Both the position numbers and the translations under genes were made by a program. Source: a bacterium (GTDB lineage: Bacteria > J088 > JAWLBW01). From it: DNA of 64,000 nucleotides. This document shows positions 38,401-46,846 of this stretch, piece after piece. The notes under the pieces were generated by a model that did no database searches, was not told where the DNA came from, and was given only the letters and a program-made list of their open reading frames with translations. Within the stretch, counting starts at the first letter, position 1; each line of letters opens with the position of its first letter. The stretch is from NCBI GenBank assembly GCA_041690355.1, contig JAWLHK010000019.1, positions 1 to 64,000 of the forward strand, in the 5' to 3' direction.

Positions 38401-39024
38401 GATGCGCAGCAGGCGCTGGAAGTACTCGGCGGCCTCGTCGCCGCGGTTGTCTTCGAGCAGCGTGTAGCCGAGCAGGTAGAGCGCCTCTTCGATCTTGGGG
38501 TGATCGGGAAAGAGTTCGACAAACCGCTGATAGAGCGCCGTCGACGGCTTGAAATCGATGGACGGGAGCATCGGCTCTTCGGCGGTTTCGCCGCGCGAAA
38601 ACTTCTCGATCTCACGTTCGTAATTCGCCATGGCCGTGAAGAAAGCGTCGTTCGCGCGCTCGAAATACAGCTCGCCCAGCCGGAGCATGCTGTCGGCGAT
38701 GAGCGGGCTGGCAGCCTGCCGTTCGAGAAACACCTCGGTGCGCGCGATGAGCGCATCGCGGCGCCGGCGCTCCTTGGCGTGCAGCCCGTCAACGACGTTC
38801 TGATAGGTGTTCTCGATGCGGACGGTCTCTTCCTGCTGTTTCTTCTCGATAATCGCGCGGATGCGTTCGCGCTGCTCGGCAATCCGCCGCTCGAAGGTCT
38901 CGATGCGCAGCCGGATCGCTTCGACCCGCGCGGCCTCGAGGTACGGCGGCACGGCCTCGTTCGCCGCCGCCGGTCCGGCGAAAGCGAGAAGGAGAAACCC
39001 GAGGAGCAGGCCGAACCGCAGCAT
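35470..39024 (-). CDS. Large secreted TPR protein (GltD/AgmU-like)
   Basis: Signal MLRFGLLLGFLLLAFAGPAAA (ATG overlaps the upstream TGA); many TPRs; C-terminal WASAALYLIGEAYQNFADTLFTAPVPPELSEEE..Y..L..QAFPIEDKA..NEWT. Confidence 0.88.
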   Translation of the reverse strand: MLRFGLLLGFLLLAFAGPAAANEAVPPYLEAARVEAIRLRIETFERRIAEQRERIRAIIEKKQQEETVRIENTYQNVVDGLHAKERRRRDALIARTEVFLERQAASPLIADSMLRLGELYFERANDAFFTAMANYEREIEKFSRGETAEEPMLPSIDFKPSTALYQRFVELFPDHPKIEEALYLLGYTLLEDNRGDEAAEYFQRLLRIRPDSKFAAEVHFRMGEFWFEVGEYRTALAAYNETLKLKDPSLYDKALYKMGWTHYRLGELEQANRYFIAVIDDADRRRTGESAMRREALKYIGISFSDEGGLAALEAFMQRIGERRYAIDLYLGYADVLFDQTRYLEGIEAYLRVTELFPLHTGNPELLVKVMETYQRLSDLESAFAIRSRLVREYGPASTWFRHYAGTSTAPAADPALAGRTRELTENLQYEYAKFWHARALKLSGDESDSFVPVPEPKGDEKKPDDKKADAKKREGRKDLDTAGDVEPNEVRAARYYQTAADSYADFLRWFPESKRGAEVGFLLAEILFAKRQWAEAGERYRGVTQDLVTPNNKFFADAAWNMVLSYRNWLAEYETGFTGRKALGYFEAMVKRGGEPVTDATEQAQLGALPQFPQEAQKLLEAARYYMDLFPQSERNATLVYNNGQILLRYGRYGDARAVFLTFIDTWPTHDLVFDALKNVVITFTLERNFNALNQYAYEVLESSLGRRDEVAQYLGGILSASIFKDAQSEEQKGNRRRAAVIYQDMVGRFPTSEFADDALFNAGLNLEKEARYYESIAVFERLLAAYPTSEFIPKAVFLLARNNERVLNYLGAVRYYLKLAREFPNEKEGPDAVYNSALLLEKMGDLDRAASVYLEYVNRYPKRTDLAQVLFFAADAYYKNEDWANAALVYENYIRGKHEPKELLVEAWYKWAMCEEKLGNAERSRELLVETTNVYKAWTAGGKIAPPGYGAHGAFLAAQERFDEYAAMKLTLPASRMAKQLEQKAAELQKIVGVMTEVVMFGDPEWASAALYLIGEAYQNFADTLFTAPVPPELSEEEAEIYQLELQDQAFPIEDKALQAFQRQLDTSLKNGIENEWTELTRTRLRKLNPNLERARANERTVLGQNEFFYRFGPTTDRAAGYEIRDGKVLYADQTGVEEGKEKKIELTRAQRSILKGGTRSTLLLSGEGLVIEAPRELRLAN

Positions 39025-41558
39025 CAGCGGGCCTCCTGCGGATTCAGATTCAGCGGGCGGCCGCCATCCGTGGCCGGAACCACCGGTTCGAACTGAAACT
39101 CGAGCGGCGTCTCGCGCGGCTCCCGTTCCCGTTCGGTCATGACGGCGCTCTCGGCGCCCCCCTGCAGCTTCTCGAGCTGAAGCTGGGCTTCCTGCAGCGC
39201 CTTGGCCAGCGCGACGACTTCGCTGCCCAGGGTCAGCAGCTCGCGGCCGTAGGAGCTGTCGACGCTCCCCGTTTCGCGGGCCAGCGCCTCGGGGCTGAAG
39301 TCTTCGACACCGGGCCACGGCCCCGCCTCGTCGCGGGTCGCCAGGGTGTCGTCGTAATATTCTTTCAGCTTGACGAGCCGATCCTGCTTTTCGGTGAGCA
39401 ATTCACGCACGCGCTCGTCTTCGAGTTCCTTGACGCGCCAGGCGGTATCCAGGGCGCCCAGATCGGCGCGCGCCGCCGTGCCGGCGACCCGCTCGCGCAC
39501 CCGGCCGAATTCTTCCTGCGCGTAGACGCCGCGGGTCGTGCGCGCCGCCATTGCGATGTCGCGGGCCACGAAGCGGTATCGCGTCAGCGCGACCCGTTCA
39601 CCCTCGGCCCGCGCCCGCGTCCCCAGGTAGATGTGCTCCTGAATGTCGGCGACGGCGTTGCCGAGGTCGCGCAGGGCCTGCTGCAGTTCGACCGACTGGC
39701 GGAAAAGGATGCCGGCCTGGCGCACGAAATCATAGCGCTCGGTCACCCGCTGACGGCGGAAGATGAGGCCCTGCAGGCGGTCCTCGACATAGATCGTGTA
39801 CTCGAGGGCGGCGTCGATCCAGCGGTCGTCGAGGCTCGCCTCGCGCGTCAGCTCGACCAGGTTGCGCCGGGCCTTCATGAGGTATTCATCGGCCCACAGG
39901 GGACGATCGACTTCGGCGATCCGGCGTGCGTCTGCCCCACGGGCGGTGTCGAGACCGATCTCGGGGTGAATCTGGAGCAGATACTGCGCCAGCGCGCCAA
40001 GCGTCTGCTGCCGGCGCACGGTTTCGGAGGCCACGTCGGCCGGCGTGTAGCGGAAACTCGCCAGATCGTTGCGGATCCGGCGGACGCTGCGCAGGACCTC
40101 GAGTTCCTTCGGGTCGGCGCGCTTGATGAACGGGCGCAGGCGCAGCTCGAGAATGCGCTCCTGCAGGCTGTAGAGCGCGTCGGACAGCTCGAGACGGATG
40201 GTGTTTTCGAGGGCGGCCGGATCGTCGCCGGTGCCCCGCTGCGAGGCCGCGAGCACTTCGAGCTGATCCAGCTCGCGATACAGGTCGCGGATGGTTTCTT
40301 CGAGCCCGGTGACTTCGTCGATGACCGTGGCCGCTTCGCGCACCTTCTCGCCCTCGCGCACCCAGAGCCCGATCTGCGTGGGCAGGGTGACCCCGCGTTC
40401 GCTCTCGACGAGGCGGGCGTAGAAGATCTCGGGCGAGGTGACGTCGACCGCATAGCGCTGCAGCTGCGACACGAGGCGCTCCATGAGCACGCGGGTGTCT
40501 TCGAAGTGCCCATAGGCCTGATTGAACCGGCGTTGTTCGATCGTGAGATAGCCCACGAGCAGCGAGGCCTCGAGCACCCGCGGGCTCTGCGGATGCTCTT
40601 CGAGCAGGCGCCGCACCCGCTCCAGCGCGCTCAACACGTTGTCGGATCGCAGCAGCACCCAGGCGCTCTCGAGAAGCGCCGCATCGGCATATCGCCCCTC
40701 GCCCGGCACGCGGTCGTACGCCGCCAGGGCCTCCTCGGCGCGGCCCGCATCCGCATAGATCCGGGCGGTCGAGAGGGCGATGATTTCGCGGAAACGGGCG
40801 AGACGCTCGGCCCCTTCGGGCCCCGATCCCGGTCCCCGCTCAGGCAAAGCGGCAGGCAAGGCGGCATCGGCGGCCTGGAAAAGGCGGATGGCGGCCGTGA
40901 CGTTGCCGGCATAGACAGCCTCGATCGTGCCCAGGTGAAACAGGGCCTCGGCGTGAAACCGGGAGCCCGGCGCGACCTCGCCGAGATAGCGGCGGGCATC
41001 GGTGACGTTGCCGGCATAGAGGGCCCGCCCCAGGCCGTAGGCGGCCATGCTGCGCTCTTCGCCCGGCACGTCGGCGCGCGCGAACCAGGTCTGCGCTTCG
41101 TCGAGTTCACCCATGCGCACGGCGATGTCGGCAAGCCGGGCCGCCGCCCTGGATGCGTGCTTGCCATGCCGGTCCATTTCGAGCACCCGGCGAAACCAGT
41201 AGGCCGATCCGGGCCAGGCGCCGACGTGGAAAAGACTTTCGGCGAGCCGGAAGCGCGCTTCATAGAGCGACCCTTCGCCGAGCGGTTCGTTGACAAGGGC
41301 CATCAGGTAGGCCGCGGCCCCCTGGTAATCGGCAATGCGGTACAGCGACGTGGCAAGGGCCCAGCGCTGGCGATAGAGAATGCGTTGCAGGCGCTGCTGA
41401 TAGAGGTCGGCCTCCGGCGCCGACAACATCGGCGGCAGAGCCGCGGCCGTCACCGCAGGCGCGGCGGTATCAGCGGCGCGAGCAGGACGCGCAGCGGATA
41501 CCATCGCCAGCAGGCAGCCTCCCAGGACAATCCTGGTTTGCCAGCGTGCGCAGCGCAT
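39024..41558 (-). CDS. Secreted TPR + coiled-coil protein of the Glt-like cluster (GltC-like N-terminal half)
   Basis: Signal peptide; TPRs including ALLESAWV; long helical C-terminus with ARADLGALDTAW. Confidence 0.8.
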   Translation of the reverse strand: MRCARWQTRIVLGGCLLAMVSAARPARAADTAAPAVTAAALPPMLSAPEADLYQQRLQRILYRQRWALATSLYRIADYQGAAAYLMALVNEPLGEGSLYEARFRLAESLFHVGAWPGSAYWFRRVLEMDRHGKHASRAAARLADIAVRMGELDEAQTWFARADVPGEERSMAAYGLGRALYAGNVTDARRYLGEVAPGSRFHAEALFHLGTIEAVYAGNVTAAIRLFQAADAALPAALPERGPGSGPEGAERLARFREIIALSTARIYADAGRAEEALAAYDRVPGEGRYADAALLESAWVLLRSDNVLSALERVRRLLEEHPQSPRVLEASLLVGYLTIEQRRFNQAYGHFEDTRVLMERLVSQLQRYAVDVTSPEIFYARLVESERGVTLPTQIGLWVREGEKVREAATVIDEVTGLEETIRDLYRELDQLEVLAASQRGTGDDPAALENTIRLELSDALYSLQERILELRLRPFIKRADPKELEVLRSVRRIRNDLASFRYTPADVASETVRRQQTLGALAQYLLQIHPEIGLDTARGADARRIAEVDRPLWADEYLMKARRNLVELTREASLDDRWIDAALEYTIYVEDRLQGLIFRRQRVTERYDFVRQAGILFRQSVELQQALRDLGNAVADIQEHIYLGTRARAEGERVALTRYRFVARDIAMAARTTRGVYAQEEFGRVRERVAGTAARADLGALDTAWRVKELEDERVRELLTEKQDRLVKLKEYYDDTLATRDEAGPWPGVEDFSPEALARETGSVDSSYGRELLTLGSEVVALAKALQEAQLQLEKLQGGAESAVMTEREREPRETPLEFQFEPVVPATDGGRPLNLNPQEAR

Positions 41559-41561
41559 CGG

Positions 41562-42572
41562 TCAGTACGCATCCTCCTCGGCGACTTCGAAGCTGATGCC
41601 GGGGCGGTTCTGGATGCTCGTAAACGTGCCCCCCTTGTCGAAGAGGCGTACCGACAGGTTGAGCTGCTTGCCTTCGTTGGCGGTGAAGTATTCGCTGGTG
41701 GTCAGCTTGAGCCGCGCTCCGTGCCCGAAGTCGAACATCCCCTCGTCGCCGTGCACGACGACTTCCATGTCGATCTTGTGCTTGCCCGGGAGAATGCTCC
41801 CCTTGTAGATCACGTCGTCGAGCGCCGCCTTGTCGCCGGCGAATTTCTTGCTGTAGATCTGGTGGCCGTCGAGAAAGTAGGTGACCGAGTCGATGACGAA
41901 GTCCTCGCCGAGCGCGTTCTCGTTGCGTACGAGCACGCGCGTGCCGGCCGTGAAGCCTTTCGAGACCCGCTCGCCGTACGTGATGATGCGGCTCTTGGTC
42001 TCGATGACCCGCTCGCGCAGCAGGGCGAGCTGGCGCTGCAGGTCCTGAAGTTCCTGCTGGTAGTTGTCGTCGAGCGTCAGCTCCATGCTCTCAGGCCGGT
42101 AGCTCTGCGCAACCTGGATCTCTTCGGGCACGCGCAGCTTCTCGCGTTCAGGCGGCGGCTCGACCGGAATCAGCGGTGCCGGCTTGGCGGGCGGGAGAAC
42201 CGGCCCCTGCTCGACCATCTTCACGACCGGCGTCTCGGGGGCCGCGACCACGGGCGGCGGAGGGGGCGGCGTCGGCTCGGGTTCGGGAGCCGCCACGACC
42301 GGGGCGGGCTCGGGTTCGGCCGGACGATACTCTTCGAATTCGATCGGCTCGGCGCCGAGGTCGATCGGTTTGACCTCGATCGTCTCGAGCCCACGGTTGC
42401 CCGTCGACGCCCCCGGATCGATCTCCTGAATCTCAGGCCGGATCTCTTCGAAGGCATTAATATCGATGTTAACGTCCCCCTCCTGGGCGAACGCCGGCAC
42501 CAGGCGGATGACGGAGGCCAGAACGAGCATGAGGAGGCCGAAGACCGCAAGCCTCTTATCGTTACGTTTCAA
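41562..42572 (-). CDS. Secreted protein: acidic/Pro-rich region, coiled coil, C-terminal beta-sandwich
   Basis: Probable TTG start 42572 with a purine-rich RBS; signal ..LVPAFA; LQRQLALLRERVIETKSRI; YFLDG..IY, GSILPGKHKI. Confidence 0.75.
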   Translation of the reverse strand: MKRNDKRLAVFGLLMLVLASVIRLVPAFAQEGDVNIDINAFEEIRPEIQEIDPGASTGNRGLETIEVKPIDLGAEPIEFEEYRPAEPEPAPVVAAPEPEPTPPPPPPVVAAPETPVVKMVEQGPVLPPAKPAPLIPVEPPPEREKLRVPEEIQVAQSYRPESMELTLDDNYQQELQDLQRQLALLRERVIETKSRIITYGERVSKGFTAGTRVLVRNENALGEDFVIDSVTYFLDGHQIYSKKFAGDKAALDDVIYKGSILPGKHKIDMEVVVHGDEGMFDFGHGARLKLTTSEYFTANEGKQLNLSVRLFDKGGTFTSIQNRPGISFEVAEEDAY

Positions 42573-42676
42573 GCGTCCCTTCTCTCTGATGGCGGCTGTA
42601 CGGCAGGGTTCCTGCATGGGGAGTCGGTGCACAATCGGGCAGAAACAAGCACTTAAGCCGGTTTTTCAGGTTGTTC

Positions 42677-42706
42677 ACTCTAGCAAAACCGCGCTCGCCT
42701 TGTCAA
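42677..42706 (-). promoter_or_regulatory. Sigma70 promoter of the Glt-like operon
   Basis: TTGACA-18 nt-TAGAGT with a TG extension. Confidence 0.6.
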
Positions 42707-42759
42707 CCGGCGTTTGATTTGCGCGCGCCAAACCAAGCCTCTGAAACTCCATCGTTTTT

Positions 42760-43962
42760 TCAGGGGACGGGCGGCAACTGTTCCGCCGGCGGCGCTGCGG
42801 GTGACGCCGGGGGCGACAGCGAGGTGGCCGGCCGGGCCTCCTCCGTGCCGGCGGCCTTGAATTCCCCCAGGCTGCGCAGCTCGACCAGCCGCTCGCGGGC
42901 CCGATCGACCCACTCGGTCTGCAGGGCAAGCCGGTTGGCGAACCGGATGATGCGGTCGTAGGCGATGATCGCCTTCTTGCGCACCGGCTCGGTCATCTCG
43001 CGCAGCTCCTCCCGATAGACCACCCGTTCCTCTTCGGTCAGATCGGGGGGGAGCGGGGCGGCATGAAGGGCGCGGTAGAATTCTTCGTAGTTGTGGCCGA
43101 TGCGATAGACGGCCGCCGTGGCCCAGACTTCGTTGTGAATCTGCAGGGTGCGCATGTAGTGCCGCTGTGCGCGCAGCAGCGCCTCGGCCTTACGGTTGAG
43201 ATCGGTCTCCATCCGGTCCTGCGGCAGCGCGAGCGTGACGGCGGCAAACCGGCGGTGGTGCGCTTCGCCCAGAGCGAACTCGGCGCGGGCCAGCCATTCG
43301 TTGTCTGCGTACGGCTGCCCCTTCAGATAGCGCCGGAAGTCGCCAATGACGGTCTCGAGGCTCTCGATCGCGGAATCGGCGGCAGGGGTCTCGTCGGCGC
43401 CGTGGGCATTCAACGCCGCAATGCCGGCCCGCGCGCGCCAAGCCAGGACCTGATCGGCTTCGAGCTCGGGCCGGAGCGCAAGCTCGTCGAACACGCCGGC
43501 CGCCTCGCCCCACCGGCCGCCGCGCTCGTGCAGGATGCCCATGTGCAGCAGCACGTCCTGGTTCAGGGCGGCGTCGGCCCCGATCAGCTCGCGGGTGGCC
43601 CGGTAGTACTCGAGGGCGCGTTCGTCTTCGCGCAGCTGCTCGAGGCAGAGCCCGCCGTTATAGAAGGCGAGGACGCGGTACGGGGAATCGGGGAATTTAT
43701 CGATGATCCGCCGGTAGAGGTTGAACGCCTTCTTCCACTCCCGGACGTCATAGGCCGCGGCCGCCCGGCGAAACAGGTCGGTATCGGTGTAGATGTCGAG
43801 CCCTTCGGGGCCGTAGTCGAAGTAGTAGGGGGCCATCTGTACGCGCTCGACGGCGCCCGGCGCCTGCGGCTGCGACGGGGCAACCGCAAGGTCGGGCACC
43901 GGCCGATTTCCCGCGCACCCGGCGATGGCGAGCGCAAGCAGAAGAGCGGCGGCGCGCACCAT
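42760..43962 (-). CDS. TPR lipoprotein with a GltD-like C-terminal motif
   Basis: MVRAAALLLALAIAGC lipobox (ATG overlaps the upstream TGA); WATAAVYRIG..YEEFYRALHAAPLPPDLTEEER..Y..L..PVRKKA..TEW. Confidence 0.85.
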   Translation of the reverse strand: MVRAAALLLALAIAGCAGNRPVPDLAVAPSQPQAPGAVERVQMAPYYFDYGPEGLDIYTDTDLFRRAAAAYDVREWKKAFNLYRRIIDKFPDSPYRVLAFYNGGLCLEQLREDERALEYYRATRELIGADAALNQDVLLHMGILHERGGRWGEAAGVFDELALRPELEADQVLAWRARAGIAALNAHGADETPAADSAIESLETVIGDFRRYLKGQPYADNEWLARAEFALGEAHHRRFAAVTLALPQDRMETDLNRKAEALLRAQRHYMRTLQIHNEVWATAAVYRIGHNYEEFYRALHAAPLPPDLTEEERVVYREELREMTEPVRKKAIIAYDRIIRFANRLALQTEWVDRARERLVELRSLGEFKAAGTEEARPATSLSPPASPAAPPAEQLPPVP

Positions 43963-44543
43963 CAGACGCCCTGGCTCTGCCCTTTGAAGAGAATCTGGAG
44001 GACTTTGTAGACGCGCTTGGCCAGATCGACCGGGTCGGGGCTCGTCCCCTTGTTGACGTAGCTCGACGGCTCGACCTGCGCAAGAAAGGCCTTGAAACGC
44101 TCGTCGCAGGGGCGGCTCGTGAAAAAGAGAATCGGGATCGGGCGGGTGCGGCCCGCCTGCTTTTCGATGTTGCGCAGGCTCATGGCCGCCTGCACACCGG
44201 TCATCGTGGGCATCTCGACGTCCAGAATCGCCAGCGAGATCGGCAGGTTGGCCTTCATGCGCTTCGTGACCACGCTGATGAACTCGACCCCGTTCGCCGC
44301 CGAAACCACCTCTTTGGCGATCTTCTGCTGGATGAGCATTTTTTCGAGGATGCCGCGCAGCGAATCCGAATCGTCGGCCAGGGCCACACACTTGACCAGC
44401 TCCAGCGCTTCCTGCGCCTTATCTTCGTCGGGGATGACGAGACCGCAGATGGGGCAATGGGTGATCTCGTTGCCTTTCTGGACGACGACATAGCCCTGGA
44501 CTTCAACCCCGCAACTGGGACAGTACACGCGTTTCTGAGACAT
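43962..44543 (-). CDS. Response regulator with an N-terminal zinc ribbon and no output domain
   Basis: CPSC-x18-CPIC; receiver ADDS..ILDVEMP..FFTS..VNKG. Confidence 0.88.
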   Translation of the reverse strand: MSQKRVYCPSCGVEVQGYVVVQKGNEITHCPICGLVIPDEDKAQEALELVKCVALADDSDSLRGILEKMLIQQKIAKEVVSAANGVEFISVVTKRMKANLPISLAILDVEMPTMTGVQAAMSLRNIEKQAGRTRPIPILFFTSRPCDERFKAFLAQVEPSSYVNKGTSPDPVDLAKRVYKVLQILFKGQSQGV

Positions 44544-44579
44544 CGTTCACGTTTCCGACGGATTAACTCTCCAACCCAT

Positions 44580-44654
44580 ATCATACTCGAAGTGCACCGC
44601 AGAGTTCAAAACCGGCGCCGCGGCCTTGAACATTCCATGCGGGCGGGGTACAAG
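44580..44654. promoter_or_regulatory. Divergent sigma70 promoter pair
   Basis: Minus strand TTGAAC-18-TATGAT (44609-44580); plus strand TTGAAC-17-TACAAG (44626-44654). Confidence 0.45.
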
Positions 44655-44674
44655 GGCCTGACAAGGAGATTCTC

Positions 44675-44974
44675 ATGCCCCGCACCCCTCTTCTCGACGA
44701 AACCGCCCTCGCCCGCGCCCTTGCCGATCTCCCCGGTTGGTCGCGTGCCGACACGAAACTCACGCGGACGTTCGATTGCGGCACGTTCGCCGGCGCGCTG
44801 CGCCTGGTCAACGCCGTCGGGCAGGCGGCCGAGGCGGCCGACCATCACCCCGACATCGACATCCGCTACCGACGCGTGACGTTCACGCTGACGACCCACG
44901 ACAGCGGCGGGCTGACGCAGCAGGATGTCGACCTGGCCCTGACCATCGACCGCCTGGCCGCCGAAGCCGGCTAA
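44675..44974 (+). CDS. Pterin-4-alpha-carbinolamine dehydratase (PCD/PhhB family)
   Basis: LPGW, AEAADHHPDI, LTTHDSGGLT..DV.LA; AAGGAG RBS. Confidence 0.93.
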   Translation: MPRTPLLDETALARALADLPGWSRADTKLTRTFDCGTFAGALRLVNAVGQAAEAADHHPDIDIRYRRVTFTLTTHDSGGLTQQDVDLALTIDRLAAEAG

Positions 44975-45201
44975 TCGATGATCTCGAGGGTGAATTTCTT
45001 GTTGTGCTTTCCGCTGACGGCCATGAGCAGGGTGCGGATCGCCTGCGCATGCGTGCCGTTCTTGCCGATGACCTTTCCGACGTCGTCCTTGCGCACCTTG
45101 AGTTCAAGCACCGAGACGTGATCGCCGTCGAGCTGTCGGACGTGTACCGACTCCGGATCATCGACGAGCGCCCGCGCAATCTGTTCAACCAGTTCCTTCA
45201 T
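44971..45201 (-). CDS. khpA: KH-domain RNA-binding protein
   Basis: MKELVEQIARALVDDPESV..DDVGKVIGKNG..AQAIRTLL; GGAGG RBS before ATG 45201. Confidence 0.9.
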   Translation of the reverse strand: MKELVEQIARALVDDPESVHVRQLDGDHVSVLELKVRKDDVGKVIGKNGTHAQAIRTLLMAVSGKHNKKFTLEIID

Positions 45202-45230
45202 GATTCGCCTCCACAGCAATGGGCCCGGTT

Positions 45231-45260
45231 AAGCTAGCAGAGGCGCGCGGGATGGGTCAA
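45231..45260 (-). promoter_or_regulatory. Sigma70 promoter of khpA
   Basis: TTGACC-18 nt-TAGCTT with a TG extension. Confidence 0.45.
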
Positions 45261-45312
45261 TCGAGGTCCGCACCGCACACCCGACCGCTCCGCATGCGGG
45301 TTTTCGGCGTTT

Positions 45313-46812
45313 CTACGGCCGGGAGGGCGCAGGGGCCGCGGCTCGCAGCAGACCGGTGAGCTGGCGCCACTCGCCGGCCTCGACGAAGGCGCGCCAGTAG
45401 ATCGCCAGGAGGGGTACGAAGACGGCCAGGCGCCACGCGGGAGAGGCGGTATAGCTGAGCAGTGCGGTTGCGACCCAGAGCGCGGCCGCGCCGAAGGCCA
45501 GCGCGCGAAGACCGCCCATGGCCGCGCGGTGCTCGCGCACGAGCACCCGGAAGTAGAGGATGCAGATGGTGCCGTAGGCGGCAAGGTGCGCGATGGCGAG
45601 CGCGCCGATGCCGGCGTCGAAGATGCCCGACAGGAGCAGGGCCACCGAGACGACGATGAAGATCGCGCTGCGCAGCACCTCGGCCGCAAGAAACAGCCGC
45701 AGGCGGCCGGTCGGCAGCAGAAATGATCCCGCGGCCCAGGCGACCGCCAGCATGACGTCGCCGCTGAACTGAACCGGCAGCCATCCGGCCGCCGAGACGA
45801 AGGCAGGTGAAAACAGCAGCGCAAGAAACCACTCACGCAGAATGACGCCGCCGGCGAGGCCCGGAACGACGATCAGGGCGACGATGCGCAGGACGCGCTG
45901 CACGACCTGGCCGGTCAGCCCGGCGTCGCGTACGCCCCCCAGCCGCGGCATGACGTAGAGGTTCACGCCGCTCAGAAAAACCGGAAGAATCTGCAGCGTC
46001 AGGCCGCTCATCGCCTGGTAGAGGCCATTGGCCGCGGGCCCCGAGGCGTGCAGCAGCGCCGAGCGCGCGGCAAGGCTGCCGGCCGCTCCCAGCACCGCGC
46101 CCACGAGCGCGACCCCGCCGTAGGCCAGCAGGCCGCGCACGAGCGCCGGGTCAAGCGTTCGCCATTCCTGGGAGGTGGCGCGCGCCTGCTCGCCCGCCAG
46201 ATGCCGGCGCAGCCGCCAGGCATGCAGGGCGGCGTTCAGCGTGAACGAACCGAGCACGAACAGGGCGCCGCCCCCCGGCCCCAGCGTGCCGGCCGCGACG
46301 AAGGCGACGCCGAGACCCGCCAGGGCGCTGCCGATGCCGGCCCAGGCGAGGCCGCGGTAGTCTTCGACGCCGTTCAGGGCGGCCTGCAGAATTGCCTGCA
46401 GGGCCACGACGGGGGCCGCCGCGGCCGTCAGGGCCATGACCCACCACCAGTCGCCCCGATCGAGAACGAGCCGGGCCAGCCAGGGCGAGGCCGCCACGAG
46501 CAGCAGCGCGACGGCCACGGTCACGAAGGTGACGAAAGCCGCCGCCGTGCGCAGGAGCGGACCGATGGGGCGCCCTTCGCGCCGATACTGCGCGACGTAA
46601 CGCGTGACCCCGGCCGTCAGCCCCAGGCTCGCCGCCGTCTGCACGAGCATGCCGAAGGCGAGAATCTGCGACCACTGCCCGTACCCCTCGGGGCCGAGCC
46701 AGACGGCGAGCCCCTTGTTGCGCACGAGGCTCGAGAACAGGTTTGCCAGCGTGAAGCCCGCAGACGTCAACAGGGCTGCGGCGAGGCCGCCCAGGGCGAG
46801 GCGGCGACTCAT
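45313..46812 (-). CDS. O-antigen/oligosaccharide flippase (WzxE-like)
   Basis: NKGLAVWLGPEGYG, LGLTAGVTRYVAQY, PRL, QFSGD; 12-14 TM segments. Confidence 0.85.
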   Translation of the reverse strand: MSRRLALGGLAAALLTSAGFTLANLFSSLVRNKGLAVWLGPEGYGQWSQILAFGMLVQTAASLGLTAGVTRYVAQYRREGRPIGPLLRTAAAFVTFVTVAVALLLVAASPWLARLVLDRGDWWWVMALTAAAAPVVALQAILQAALNGVEDYRGLAWAGIGSALAGLGVAFVAAGTLGPGGGALFVLGSFTLNAALHAWRLRRHLAGEQARATSQEWRTLDPALVRGLLAYGGVALVGAVLGAAGSLAARSALLHASGPAANGLYQAMSGLTLQILPVFLSGVNLYVMPRLGGVRDAGLTGQVVQRVLRIVALIVVPGLAGGVILREWFLALLFSPAFVSAAGWLPVQFSGDVMLAVAWAAGSFLLPTGRLRLFLAAEVLRSAIFIVVSVALLLSGIFDAGIGALAIAHLAAYGTICILYFRVLVREHRAAMGGLRALAFGAAALWVATALLSYTASPAWRLAVFVPLLAIYWRAFVEAGEWRQLTGLLRAAAPAPSRP

Positions 46813-46846
46813 GCCCGCCTTTCGCGCGGCGCCGACGCGCCGCGGT

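Noticed and set aside
40897-41020. Exact 19-bp duplication GTGACGTTGCCGGCATAGA (YAGNVT twice, 105 nt apart)
   Set aside because: The spacing equals one TPR unit inside an intact ORF; two copies do not make a CRISPR array, att site or target-site duplication
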